Shown here piece by piece: positions 1 to 11,107 of a stretch of DNA of 32,000 nucleotides. The DNA is from Aliivibrio fischeri ES114. Its GTDB lineage: Bacteria > Pseudomonadota > Gammaproteobacteria > Enterobacterales > Vibrionaceae. The position numbers were made by a program, and so were the translations under genes. The stretch lies in assembly GCF_000011805.1 (NCBI RefSeq), contig NC_006840.2, one strand, 5' to 3'. The notes below the pieces were generated by a model that saw only the letters and a list, made by a program, of their open reading frames with translations, was not told where the DNA came from and made no database searches. The stretch's first letter is position 1. Each line of letters starts with the position of its first letter.

Positions 1-2
1 CT

Positions 3-1124
3 GGTGCAACAGTACTAACTGGGTTAGATCATTTACCAAAAGCGATTTTATTCTATCGCCAACTGCTCCAATGGTTTGGTGGTATGGGGATCATTGTATT
101 AGCTGTGGCTATCTTACCGGTTCTAGGAATTGGTGGTATGCAGCTGTATCGTGCTGAAATCCCTGGTCCAGTTAAAGATTCCAAAATGACGCCACGCATA
201 GCGGAAACAGCAAAGGTGCTTTGGTATATCTACCTAACCTTAACTATTGCCTGCGCATTGGCATTCTGGGTTGCCGGAATGGGGTGGTTTGATGCTATTT
301 CTCATAGTTTTTCAACCATAGCGATTGGTGGGTTTTCTACTTATGATGCCAGTATGGGGCACTTTAATAGCCCTGTGATTAACGCTATTACGGTCGTATT
401 TTTATTGATATCGGCTTGTAACTTTTCACTTCACTTTGCTGCGTTTGCATCGGGTGGTGTTCATCCAAAATATTATTGGCGTGATCCTGAATTTAGAGCA
501 TTTATTTTCATTCAAATTCTCTTATTCTTAATTACTTTTTTATTGTTGCTAAAGCACAATACATATAACTCGGTCGGAACCGCAATTGATCAGGCGTTAT
601 TCCAAACCGTGTCAATTTCAACGACAGCAGGATTTACGACGACTAGCTTTGCTGAATGGCCACTGTTTTTACCTGTTTTATTACTGTTTTCTTCTTTTAT
701 TGGTGGTTGTGCAGGCTCAACCGGTGGCGGTATGAAAGTGATTCGTATTTTATTACTGTCATTGCAAGGCATGCGTGAAATTAAGCGATTGATTCACCCA
801 AGAGCGATTTATACGATTAAGATTGGAACTAAAGCACTACCTCAGCGTGTGGTTGATGCGGTATGGGGTTTCTTCTCTGCTTATGCCTTGGTGTTTGTTA
901 TTTGTATGCTGGCATTAATTGCTACAGGGATTGATGAATTGACTGCTTTCTCTGCAGTTGCAGCAACATTGAATAATTTAGGACCAGGTTTGGGTGAAGT
1001 TGCGGTTCACTTTGGTGAAGTAAATGATGCCGCAAAATGGATACTGATTATCGCTATGCTGTTTGGACGTTTAGAGGTATTTACGCTTCTTATTTTGTTC
1101 ACACCGACGTTTTGGCGTAGCTAG
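3..1124 (+). CDS. trkH: Trk system potassium uptake protein TrkH, C-terminal part (5' end outside window)
   Basis: Reading frame is open from the window edge (GATVLTGLDHLPKAILFYRQLLQWFGGMGIIVLAVAILP...). TrkH-like motifs include TTAGFTTT, GGCAGSTGGGMKVIR and MLFGRLEVFTLLILFTPTFWR. Followed by hemG, as in other gammaproteobacteria. Confidence 0.95.
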   Translation, partial: GATVLTGLDHLPKAILFYRQLLQWFGGMGIIVLAVAILPVLGIGGMQLYRAEIPGPVKDSKMTPRIAETAKVLWYIYLTLTIACALAFWVAGMGWFDAISHSFSTIAIGGFSTYDASMGHFNSPVINAITVVFLLISACNFSLHFAAFASGGVHPKYYWRDPEFRAFIFIQILLFLITFLLLLKHNTYNSVGTAIDQALFQTVSISTTAGFTTTSFAEWPLFLPVLLLFSSFIGGCAGSTGGGMKVIRILLLSLQGMREIKRLIHPRAIYTIKIGTKALPQRVVDAVWGFFSAYALVFVICMLALIATGIDELTAFSAVAATLNNLGPGLGEVAVHFGEVNDAAKWILIIAMLFGRLEVFTLLILFTPTFWRS

Positions 1125-1156
1125 TTTTTATAATTAAACAGATTAAAGGGTTTACT

Positions 1157-1681
1157 GTGGAAAGAGTATTACTTCTTCACTCAAGTCGTGAAGGTCAAAC
1201 GATTAAAATATTGAACTACATTGCGACAAAGTTAGGAAGTGATGTTCAGTGTGAATTAGTTGATTTACACCAACCGCTATCGGTTTCATTTTCTGATTAT
1301 GATCGTGTTGTTATTGGTGCTTCAATTCGTTATGGCCACTTAAATAAAAAGCTATATCAATTTATCACTAAGTACCAAACGGAATTAGAACAGGCTAAGG
1401 CTGGGTTCTTTATTGTTAACTTAACCGCTCGTAAAGAGGGGAAAGATACGCCTGAAACGAGTGTGTACTTTAAGAAGTTCTTACTTAAATCGCCTTGGGT
1501 TCCTGCGTTACAAGATACGTTTGCTGGTGCATTGTTTTATCCTCGCTATAACTGGTTTGATCGTGTCATGATTCAATTCATAATGAAAATGACAGGTGGT
1601 GAAACGGATCCAACTAAGGAAGTTGAATACACTAACTGGCAACGAGTTGATCAATTCGTAGAGAAGATTAAACGCGGTTAA
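1157..1681 (+). CDS. hemG: Menaquinone-dependent protoporphyrinogen IX dehydrogenase HemG (flavodoxin-like)
   Basis: 174 aa flavodoxin-type N-terminus (VLLLHSSREGQT...), IGASIRYGH motif, GTG start, adjacent to trkH. Confidence 0.93.
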   Translation: MERVLLLHSSREGQTIKILNYIATKLGSDVQCELVDLHQPLSVSFSDYDRVVIGASIRYGHLNKKLYQFITKYQTELEQAKAGFFIVNLTARKEGKDTPETSVYFKKFLLKSPWVPALQDTFAGALFYPRYNWFDRVMIQFIMKMTGGETDPTKEVEYTNWQRVDQFVEKIKRG

Positions 1682-1775
1682 GTTTTACCCATTTTGGATA
1701 AAATAGTGCGATATAAGTAGAATTTTTGTTTTAGATTCAAATTTTTAGCTTCAAAAGTATGGATTTTATTATTGA

Positions 1776-1799
1776 AGTGATTACAATAGCACGCACAAC
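1776..1799 (+). promoter_or_regulatory. Probable tRNA-Trp promoter -10 region (TACAAT) with G/C-containing discriminator
   Basis: TACAAT followed by AGCACGCACAACA immediately before the tRNA 5' end. No convincing -35 was assigned. Confidence 0.35.
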
Positions 1800-1876
<77 letters not shown>

Positions 1877-1885
1877 TATTTAGAG

Positions 1886-1916
1886 AAGGCTCATATCGAA
1901 AGGTATGAGCCTTTTT
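1886..1916 (+). terminator. Rho-independent terminator after tRNA-Trp
   Basis: AAGGCTCATA-TCGAAAGG-TATGAGCCTTTTT: 10-bp stem plus U tract. Duplicated at 2012-2042 and 2138-2169. Confidence 0.85.
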
Positions 1917-2011
1917 GCTGTCTGGGATTTGAGAAAAGAGCCACGGATTCCTCCGCCATAAGAACGCGCGTGTTGGGAGTTCGAATCTCTCCACCCCTGC
2001 CATATTTAGAG

Positions 2012-2042
2012 AAGGCTCATATCGAAAGGTATGAGCCTTTTT
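2012..2042 (+). terminator. Second copy of the tRNA-Trp terminator
   Basis: Identical stem-loop in the 126-bp repeat. Confidence 0.75.
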
Positions 2043-2137
2043 GCTGTCTGGGATTTGAGAAAAGAGCCACGGATTCCTCCGCCATAAGAACGCGCGTGTT
2101 GGGAGTTCGAATCTCTCCACCCCTGCCATATTTAGAA

Positions 2138-2169
2138 AAGGCTCATATCGAAAGGTATGAGCCTTTTTT
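2138..2169 (+). terminator. Third copy of the tRNA-Trp terminator
   Basis: Same stem-loop with a longer T run (TTTTTT). Confidence 0.75.
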
Positions 2170-2309
2170 CTGTCTGGGATTTGAGAAAATAAACGAGACT
2201 AATAGCTTATTGATAATAATAACTATTTCCTTTTATATCTTGCAATTATGCTTAATTTATATTCAGATACGTAACTTATAAAATATAAATATAATTACCG
2301 GGATGTATT

Positions 2310-5063
2310 ATGAAAGGTTATTGGTTGGCGTTTATTGCTTGCTTGTTTATTTCAGGATGTGCAACCACATCAGTTACAGAACTTAAATCTGATCCTCGTT
2401 GGGTCAGTGGTCAGCTTGATAATGGATTCCGTTATCATATTTATCCTGATCGAGAAAAAGAAGTATCTATTCGTTTTATTGTACATGCTGGCTCATTTCA
2501 AGAGACACAAAATCAAAAAGGTTACGCTCATTTCGTAGAGCATATGGCTTTTAATGGTAGCGAACACTTTTCGCAAAATGATGTTATCTCTCTATTTGAA
2601 GATGCAGGATTAAGTTTTGGAGCGGATATTAACGCTTACACTTCTTATTCTGAAACCGTGTATAAACTTGATTTACCTGATAACTCTCAGCTTAACAATG
2701 CGCTTGTTTGGATGAGAGATATTGGTGATGGTATTGAACTGTCATCTAAAGAAGTGGAAAAAGAGAAAGAGGTTATTCTTGGTGAGTTTCGTTACTCAAG
2801 GTTAGAAGATAAGCCTATTTCGGCTCAGTTTTATGAGCATATGACCGCAGGAACTGTTTATGAAAATAGCGATCCTATTGGGAATAAGGAGTCGGTTTTA
2901 TCTGCGTCCTCAACACAACTTACAGAGTTTTATCAGCAGTGGTATCAACCTCAATTAACCGAAATTGTTATTAGTGGCGATGTTACTCTTGAAGGTGCGA
3001 TTACACTGATAACTAAACATTTTGAAAGTTGGAAGAAAGGTTCTTCAGCTGTAAGTACGATGCCATTAGAGCCTCTAAATCAAAATGACTTTATTGTTAA
3101 AGTGGCAAGTGGTGAGCCACCAAGTATTGCTCTGGTTATTGATCGTGGTGATTTTAGAGTAAATACAAGAGAACAGCAGCATCAACTATGGTTAGATGAA
3201 ATTGCTCATTCAATTATTCAGCAAAGGTTAGGTGGTGTATTCCTTGACGCTGCAATGCCTGTTCAATGGATTTACTCGACGGATTACTATGTATCTGATC
3301 AGCGTTATTTTATTTCTTCAGTCTCATTTCCTGCTAGTTATAGAACCCAAAGCCAAACACTATTTTTAGATACGTTAGCTTCATTACGAGATCATGGTGT
3401 GTCACATGGTGAGTTGGATAACTTACTTCAACCTTATCATTATCAACTTGATAATCTTGATGCAAATCTTGAAAACTTAACGCCTTATGATCATGTTGAA
3501 AACAGAGTTAATGGTGTTGTGAGTCAGCAGATAAGTCAATCCAGTTTAGATTACAAGGCAAGTTTGACGTCATTTTTAGCAGCGACAGATTTGAAGGTTG
3601 TTAATGATCATATTGATGAGTTGCTTTCGTCTTCATACCAATTTGCTATTGGTGTTGATGCCGTTGAATCTCTCTCTCAAATAGAATTAAGTATTCCTGA
3701 GTTAAAGTCTGTGTATGCAAAATCGGGAAGTGAACCACTAATTAATAATGTTAGTGCTGCTTTTCCTGTTCCAATGAGCAGTGGAATTATTTTGTCTGAA
3801 ACTAAATTATTTGAGGAGGTTGATTTAACTCGCTGGACACTAGATAACGGATTAAATGTTCTTTATTTGAGAAAAACCGATGCCGGTGATGACGTGGTGT
3901 TTTCGTTAGCAAGCCAAGGCGGAATAGCTGCATTGCCTTCAGAGTTGATACCAGCCGCGAATATTGCCATACCAGCAGTGACTCGTAGCGGTCTTGGTAA
4001 ATTCACGGGCTCTCAGTTAGATGCTCATTTGAGAAATGAAGGTATTGAGCTTTATCCTTTTATTAATTTTACTCATCACGGTCTTGAAGGAATTACGGAT
4101 AAAGAAGGGCTTGCTGAGACGTTTGCTGTAATTACTGCAATTATGTCTGAAATTAATGTTGATGAAGAGCAGTTAAAAGCGGTAAAGCAGGAGTTTGAAC
4201 AAAACAGAGATGCTTATATCTCTACATCTCTTGGTCAGTTTACTAAAGCTATTAATAGGAACACTTATTCTTCTACTAATCGACATCAACTACTTGATGG
4301 GGAGGATGTAAATCTCGTTACTAGTGAACAGATTAAACGAGTACATCAGTTATTATTTCAACAGAATCGTAATTATCAGTTAGTGATTGTAGCTGATTTA
4401 AAACCGTCAGAGTTAAAACCATTACTTCGTCAGTACTTAGCAAATATACGTTTAGGTGCTGCAGAGAAAACGAATTACGCTGTTACTTATAAGTCAGATT
4501 CTGTACCGAGTATTAGCATGGCGGTAAATACCGAACAGAGTAGTCATTATATTTCTCAGTTTATAGCGGTTCAGGGCTTGGAAGATCACTCTGCAAAATC
4601 CATTTTTATTCAGGATATGCTGCAAAGAATAGTATCTAAGAGATTGATGCACTATGTTCGAGAAGAACTCAGTTTAGATTATGCTCCATATGCGCTTATG
4701 GTGAATGCTGACAGTGAGTTTAAGCCTCATTGGGTTATGGGGGCACAAGTTGACCCTAAGAATGCAGAACTTATTGAATCTGCCATTGATAAGGTAATAA
4801 AAGATTTATTACGTGGGGTAACAGAAAATGAAGTTAATGCTGCAGCTAAACAGCTAGTGGTTGATTTAGAACCATTAAAAAATAACAGCACTCAGCAAGC
4901 ATGGCTGCTAAATCGTTACACCATACATAACTACGGAATTGAAGCTCTATTTGGTATTTCAGAAACAGCAAACTCAGTTAATGCAGAAGATATAAATAGA
5001 TTGATCAAATATTCATTTGGTAAAAACAGTCATCAATTTAAGTATCTATCGACTCCAATTTAA
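2310..5063 (+). CDS. M16 family zinc metallopeptidase (insulinase/PqqL-like), predicted lipoprotein
   Basis: 917 aa. Signal peptide with lipobox (FISGC), inverted zinc motif HFVEH in GYAHFVEHMAFNGSEHF, downstream EKEVILGE. Second M16-like half starts around TLDNGLNVLYLRK. Confidence 0.9.
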   Translation: MKGYWLAFIACLFISGCATTSVTELKSDPRWVSGQLDNGFRYHIYPDREKEVSIRFIVHAGSFQETQNQKGYAHFVEHMAFNGSEHFSQNDVISLFEDAGLSFGADINAYTSYSETVYKLDLPDNSQLNNALVWMRDIGDGIELSSKEVEKEKEVILGEFRYSRLEDKPISAQFYEHMTAGTVYENSDPIGNKESVLSASSTQLTEFYQQWYQPQLTEIVISGDVTLEGAITLITKHFESWKKGSSAVSTMPLEPLNQNDFIVKVASGEPPSIALVIDRGDFRVNTREQQHQLWLDEIAHSIIQQRLGGVFLDAAMPVQWIYSTDYYVSDQRYFISSVSFPASYRTQSQTLFLDTLASLRDHGVSHGELDNLLQPYHYQLDNLDANLENLTPYDHVENRVNGVVSQQISQSSLDYKASLTSFLAATDLKVVNDHIDELLSSSYQFAIGVDAVESLSQIELSIPELKSVYAKSGSEPLINNVSAAFPVPMSSGIILSETKLFEEVDLTRWTLDNGLNVLYLRKTDAGDDVVFSLASQGGIAALPSELIPAANIAIPAVTRSGLGKFTGSQLDAHLRNEGIELYPFINFTHHGLEGITDKEGLAETFAVITAIMSEINVDEEQLKAVKQEFEQNRDAYISTSLGQFTKAINRNTYSSTNRHQLLDGEDVNLVTSEQIKRVHQLLFQQNRNYQLVIVADLKPSELKPLLRQYLANIRLGAAEKTNYAVTYKSDSVPSISMAVNTEQSSHYISQFIAVQGLEDHSAKSIFIQDMLQRIVSKRLMHYVREELSLDYAPYALMVNADSEFKPHWVMGAQVDPKNAELIESAIDKVIKDLLRGVTENEVNAAAKQLVVDLEPLKNNSTQQAWLLNRYTIHNYGIEALFGISETANSVNAEDINRLIKYSFGKNSHQFKYLSTPI

Positions 5064-5143
5064 TTTTTTGTGATCTATGTCTTGTTTTTTAGGGCGTAGA
5101 TAGTAAAATCGCTGCTTAATTAATCATCTAGGGTTTTGTTTAA

Positions 5144-5338
5144 ATGGGTTACGATTTAGGTACTGTTTATCTTGGTCAAATGGCTGCAAAAAAAATGCTT
5201 AATGAAGAAATGTATGGCAAACAGCAACCAAGAACAAAGAAAACAGCAGTAACAAAAAAACTTTGGAAAGGATTCGAAAAAGTTAATACTAAAATGGCAA
5301 ACATGGTGAGTGGATACATTCCTGTATTAACTTGGTAA
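5144..5338 (+). CDS. Small hypothetical protein (64 aa)
   Basis: Short intergenic ORF followed within about 20 bp by a strong terminator hairpin. No strong Shine-Dalgarno seen. Confidence 0.5.
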   Translation: MGYDLGTVYLGQMAAKKMLNEEMYGKQQPRTKKTAVTKKLWKGFEKVNTKMANMVSGYIPVLTW

Positions 5339-5358
5339 ATGATTTACTGAATAGTTTG

Positions 5359-5387
5359 AAAGGGCATACCTAAGGTGTGCCTTTTTT
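5359..5387 (+). terminator. Rho-independent terminator
   Basis: AAGGGCATACC-TAA-GGTGTGCCTTTTTT, with G:U pair. Confidence 0.8.
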
Positions 5388-5446
5388 ATTTGCCATTTGA
5401 AAATGATAGGAGTAGCATTCCGCTTGTTGTTTGGTTCTTATGCCAA

Positions 5447-5505
5447 ATACGGGTGATGGATTTCCACCTTTAACCGCTCTATTTTTAGAGATAATGATTC
5501 CTACT
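5447..5505 (+). promoter_or_regulatory. Fluoride riboswitch (crcB motif)
   Basis: TACGGGTGATGGATTTCCACCTTTAACCGCTCTATTTTTAGAGATAATGATTCCTACT follows the crcB-motif layout: GG-GAUG-G..., YYCC-CC, AACCGC, helix GCTCT/AGAG, (G/A)AUGA-UCCUAC. Located upstream of a CLC transporter. Confidence 0.88.
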
Positions 5506-5636
5506 ATAGCGTTACCTTGATCAGTGAGTCTGATCGTATTGGGGTAGATCCGTCTATGGTAGAGCAGTTTGTTATTTCTCTTCTCTTCTAAGATCGTCTA
5601 TCCTTTTGTTTAACCATTATTTAAAGATAGAGATCC

Positions 5637-7016
5637 ATGGCACATCCTCTTAATCGAAATTTTCAAAACTTATTTCAAGTAGCTCGTTGGTCATTACTAA
5701 TTCTACCTGTTGCTTTATTGGTAGGGTCATTTAATGCATTCTTCTTATGGTTACTAAGTGAAGCAACGCAAGCTCGTATTGCGAATCCATGGTTGATTTA
5801 TTTATTACCAGTTGCTGGTTTAGCTATTGTTTATAGCTACCGAAATTGGGGTAAAAATTCGGCGGGCGGTAATAACTTAATTATGGATGAAATCCACCAA
5901 GCTGGGGAAGGTGTTCCAGTAAGAATGGGGCCATTAGTGTTATTTACTACGGTGATAACGCATTTATTTGGTGGTTCTGCTGGTCGTGAAGGTACGGCTG
6001 TTCAAATAGGTGGTGCAACAACAGATTGGTTATCTAAAGTCTTTAAGCTATCTGAAGATGACCGAAAAATGATGCTAACCGCAGGTGTTGCTGCTGGTTT
6101 TGCTTCTATTTTTGGAACGCCTTTTACTGGGGCTATTTTTGCTCTTGAAGTATTGTTTATTGGGCGTATTAAGTTCAATGCCATCATTCCTGCGCTATTG
6201 GCTGCTATCTTAGCTAATGTGGTCGCTTCGGCTTGGGGTGCTCATCATACGCATTATTTAATTAACTTTGATCAGGTTAGCACCTTGTTTGGTCATGCTG
6301 TTGATATCGATCTTTTATTAATGGCTAAAGTGATTATTGCTGCAATTGGTTTTGGTATTGCTGGTTATTTGTTTGGTGAGTTAACTCATGGCTTTAAAGA
6401 CCTGTTTAACGCAACATTAAAGAACCCATATTTGATTGTAGTTGTGGGTGGTTTGATGGTCATCATCATTACGCAATTACTTGGCAATTATGATTACATT
6501 GGTATTGGTGTTTATCCAAGTCGTGATGGTGGTGTGAGCATTACTTCTGCATTTACAGAAGGTGGAGCTGAGTGGTATAGCTGGATTTTAAAATTGGTAT
6601 TAACTGCGATTACTCTTGCTGCTGGTTATAAAGGTGGTGAAGTAACACCGTTGTTTTTTGTTGGTGCTACGTTAGGTAACTTCTTAGGTTGGGTTATGGG
6701 GGCTCCGGTTGATTTATTTGCTGCTCTGGGTTTCCTTGCTGTATTTGCAGCTGCAACCAATACACCATTAGCTTGTACGATTATGGGTGTGGAACTGTTT
6801 GGTGCTGAGTATTTACCTTATTTCGCATTAGCGTGTTATACGGCTTATTACTTTAGTGGTCATACCGGTATTTACTCTTCGCAACGTGTTGCTGTTTCTA
6901 AAACATTAGAGCATGGTCGTGATCATGACGGCTTAAATAAAATAGGGTCATATCGTGAACATAATTCATCGTCATTAAAACACCTAGCGAATAAGCTAAC
7001 TAAAAAAGACAAATAG
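5637..7016 (+). CDS. CLC-family anion/proton antiporter, probably fluoride-type (CLC-F)
   Basis: 459 aa membrane protein with [11 protein letters not shown] (gating Glu). The region normally holding GSGIP reads SAGGNN. Located downstream of the putative fluoride riboswitch. Confidence 0.87.
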   Translation: MAHPLNRNFQNLFQVARWSLLILPVALLVGSFNAFFLWLLSEATQARIANPWLIYLLPVAGLAIVYSYRNWGKNSAGGNNLIMDEIHQAGEGVPVRMGPLVLFTTVITHLFGGSAGREGTAVQIGGATTDWLSKVFKLSEDDRKMMLTAGVAAGFASIFGTPFTGAIFALEVLFIGRIKFNAIIPALLAAILANVVASAWGAHHTHYLINFDQVSTLFGHAVDIDLLLMAKVIIAAIGFGIAGYLFGELTHGFKDLFNATLKNPYLIVVVGGLMVIIITQLLGNYDYIGIGVYPSRDGGVSITSAFTEGGAEWYSWILKLVLTAITLAAGYKGGEVTPLFFVGATLGNFLGWVMGAPVDLFAALGFLAVFAAATNTPLACTIMGVELFGAEYLPYFALACYTAYYFSGHTGIYSSQRVAVSKTLEHGRDHDGLNKIGSYREHNSSSLKHLANKLTKKDK

Positions 7017-7030
7017 TTTCACGTGAAACA
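7015..7030. promoter_or_regulatory. parS-like ParB binding site (AGTTTCACGTGAAACA)
   Basis: Match to consensus TGTTNCACGTGNAACA with one outer mismatch. Overlaps the stop codon of the CLC gene. Confidence 0.85.
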
Positions 7031-7078
7031 TGATGGTTTATCTAGATTAGAACTTGGTAGAGAGAATTAGAACCTAAT

Positions 7079-7160
7079 GTGCTTCTCCACAAAAAATAAC
7101 ACTGTATTTGTTGGTGTAAGAGCTACGGATGACAAAGGTGGTTTTTTGCTGAGAAGCACA
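7079..7160. repeat. Long imperfect inverted repeat (arms 7079-7097 and 7142-7160)
   Basis: Left TGTGCTTCTCCACAAAAAA versus reverse complement of right arm TGTGCTTCTCAGCAAAAAA (17/19 match). Confidence 0.75.
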
Positions 7161-7320
7161 CAAGGTTTAATATGGATTGTCGATATGTAAAACTCTATAT
7201 GCGCTCACTCACAAACTCAGCCAACCACTTGATAACTTTTTTCTCTTCCATTTCATTTCTTGCATACTTTCTTTATACTCCGAAGACGTTCAGATTTTGA
7301 TTCAACGATCTGAAAGAAAC

Positions 7321-7416
7321 TTGTCGGAGTGCTTAGTGCTTTTTAAAGTACGAGCTGAGACCGCAGTGCGGGATCCGTAGAACCTGATCAGGCTAATACC
7401 TGCGAAGGGAACAAGA
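7321..7416 (+). promoter_or_regulatory. TPP (thiamine pyrophosphate) riboswitch / THI element
   Basis: CTTGTCGGAGTGC...GAGCTGAGACC...GGATCCGTAGAACCTGATCAGGCTAATACCTGCGAAGGGAACAAG, upstream of thiC. P1 stem CTTGT/ACAAG. Confidence 0.96.
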
Positions 7417-7470
7417 GACAATTTACATCTCAGTTTATGAAACCATATCTACAGATTGAAAGGTACAGAC

Positions 7471-7507
7471 GTAGCTGAATTTTAGCTGCTATTTATTCTT
7501 TTTAACT
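7471..7507 (+). terminator. Candidate attenuator/terminator in the thiC leader
   Basis: GTAGCT-GAATTTT-AGCTGC followed by TATTTATTCTTTTT. Short stem; coordinates approximate. Confidence 0.4.
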
Positions 7508-7553
7508 TGTGGGTATAACAGTACAGACAGATATTCTCTGCAGCATAAACTAA

Positions 7554-9551
<1,998 letters not shown>

Positions 9552-9567
9552 CGATGATAATAAGGGA

Positions 9568-9583
9568 TGTTTCACGTGGAACA
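9568..9583. promoter_or_regulatory. parS-like ParB binding site (TGTTTCACGTGGAACA)
   Basis: Fits the consensus in the thiC-thiE intergenic region. Confidence 0.92.
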
Positions 9584-9621
9584 TCTCTTAGTTTTGTATA
9601 CGGAATTGAGGTGAGACAGCA

Positions 9622-10281
9622 ATGTTTGCATTCCCTAATATTGATAAAAGTAAGTTTGGTTTATATCCCGTAGTTGATGATGTGTCGTGGATAGAAAAAT
9701 TATTAAAGCTCGATGTAAAGACAATCCAATTGAGAATTAAGAATCCAGAACAAGCAGACTTAGAGCAACAGATTATAAAAGCGATTAGGCTGGGCCGCGA
9801 ATACGATGCTCAGGTGTTCATCAATGACTATTGGCAGTTAGCTATTAAGCACAACGCATTTGGTATTCATCTTGGACAAGAAGACATAGAGGTTGCCGAT
9901 TTACAGGCGATTGCTGAGGCGAATATTTGTCTTGGTTTGTCGACACACGATGATAGTGAACTATTAAAAGTAAAAGCCCTAAACCCAAGCTATTTAGCGC
10001 TTGGTCATATTTTTCCTACACCAACGAAAGAGATGCCATCACAACCACAAGGTTTGACCAATCTTGCAAAGAATCAACAATTAGCTGGAGATACTCCGAC
10101 CGTTGCGATTGGCGGTATTGATCTATCCGTTGCTAATGATGTGTGGCAAACCGGTGTTGATAGTATTGCGGTAGTTCGAGCGATTACTGAGGCTGAGGAT
10201 ACAGAGCAGGCCGTCGCGAAATTTAACGCCATCATTTCTGAACCAAGAAGAGGAAATCTACAGGAGGTTGCTTATGAGTAA
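9622..10281 (+). CDS. thiE: Thiamine-phosphate synthase ThiE
   Basis: Motifs QLRIKN, VFINDYW, GIHLGQED, GHIFPTPTK; in the thi operon. Confidence 0.93.
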   Translation: MFAFPNIDKSKFGLYPVVDDVSWIEKLLKLDVKTIQLRIKNPEQADLEQQIIKAIRLGREYDAQVFINDYWQLAIKHNAFGIHLGQEDIEVADLQAIAEANICLGLSTHDDSELLKVKALNPSYLALGHIFPTPTKEMPSQPQGLTNLAKNQQLAGDTPTVAIGGIDLSVANDVWQTGVDSIAVVRAITEAEDTEQAVAKFNAIISEPRRGNLQEVAYE

Positions 10282-11107
10282 CCAGTTAATGGAAGGGTTA
10301 AGTGACCAAGATTTTCTGCGTTATAGCCGTCAAATTATGTTGCCTGATATTGGTGATAAAGGGCAAATAACATTAAGAAATAGTACGGTTCTAATAATCG
10401 GTTGTGGCGGATTGGGTTCTTCGGTTGGAATGTATTTATCCGCTTCTGGTATCGGTACATTAATCATTGCTGATGGAGACAAAGTTGAATTAAGTAACTT
10501 ACAGCGACAAGTGGTGTATCGCGATAACAACTTAAATCAAAATAAAGCGATGGCAATGGCGCACCAACTTAAAGGGTTGAATGGTACAACTCATATTGAA
10601 GTGATCAGCCATAAGTTAACAGAGCCAGAGTTATCCCGTTTTATTAATCAAGTCGACGTGGTTTTGGATTGCTCTGATAATTTGCCAACGCGTCATGAAA
10701 CTAATGCGGCATGTGTAAAGCATAACGTTCCACTTATTTCTGGTGCAGCAATTGGATGGCAAGGGCAGTTAATGTTGTTTTCAAATCAGGTTACGGAAAA
10801 TAACACGTCGTGCTATCACTGTTTATTTCCTTTTACTGAAAGCCAGCAAACACAAAACTGTCAGTCGTTCGGAATTGTGGGACCGGTGGTAGGCATGATA
10901 GGAAACTTACAGGCATTAGAAACCATTAAATACCTTACTCAACCTAGTTACATGAAATGGGACACCATTCATCAGTTTGATGGCCGCTCTTTGGCTTGGT
11001 CATCGATAAAAATTCCAAAAGACAGCCAATGTTCAATCTGTGCTTCAACAGTAACTAATGATGTTTCACGTGAAACACACTCAAAGGGAGAGACTTGTCA
11101 TGAGTGA
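10268..11107 (+). CDS. thiF: ThiS adenylyltransferase ThiF
   Basis: GCGGLGSSVGMYLSASGIG nucleotide-binding motif, DCSDNLPTRHETNAAC, cysteine pairs (CYHC, CSIC). Confidence 0.94.
   Translation: MLMSNQLMEGLSDQDFLRYSRQIMLPDIGDKGQITLRNSTVLIIGCGGLGSSVGMYLSASGIGTLIIADGDKVELSNLQRQVVYRDNNLNQNKAMAMAHQLKGLNGTTHIEVISHKLTEPELSRFINQVDVVLDCSDNLPTRHETNAACVKHNVPLISGAAIGWQGQLMLFSNQVTENNTSCYHCLFPFTESQQTQNCQSFGIVGPVVGMIGNLQALETIKYLTQPSYMKWDTIHQFDGRSLAWSSIKIPKDSQCSICASTVTNDVSRETHSKGETCHE
11062..11077. promoter_or_regulatory. parS-like ParB binding site (TGTTTCACGTGAAACA), inside the thiF 3' coding end
   Basis: Perfect 16-bp palindrome matching the consensus. Confidence 0.95.

Noticed and set aside
7177-7380. 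67-aa plus-strand ORF upstream of thiC
   Set aside because: Overlaps the TPP riboswitch aptamer and has no Shine-Dalgarno. Probably non-coding.
11058-11099. N-terminal extension MMFHVKHTQRERLV on thiS
   Set aside because: The extension is parS sequence in another frame. The ThiS start is more plausibly at 11100 (or 11115).
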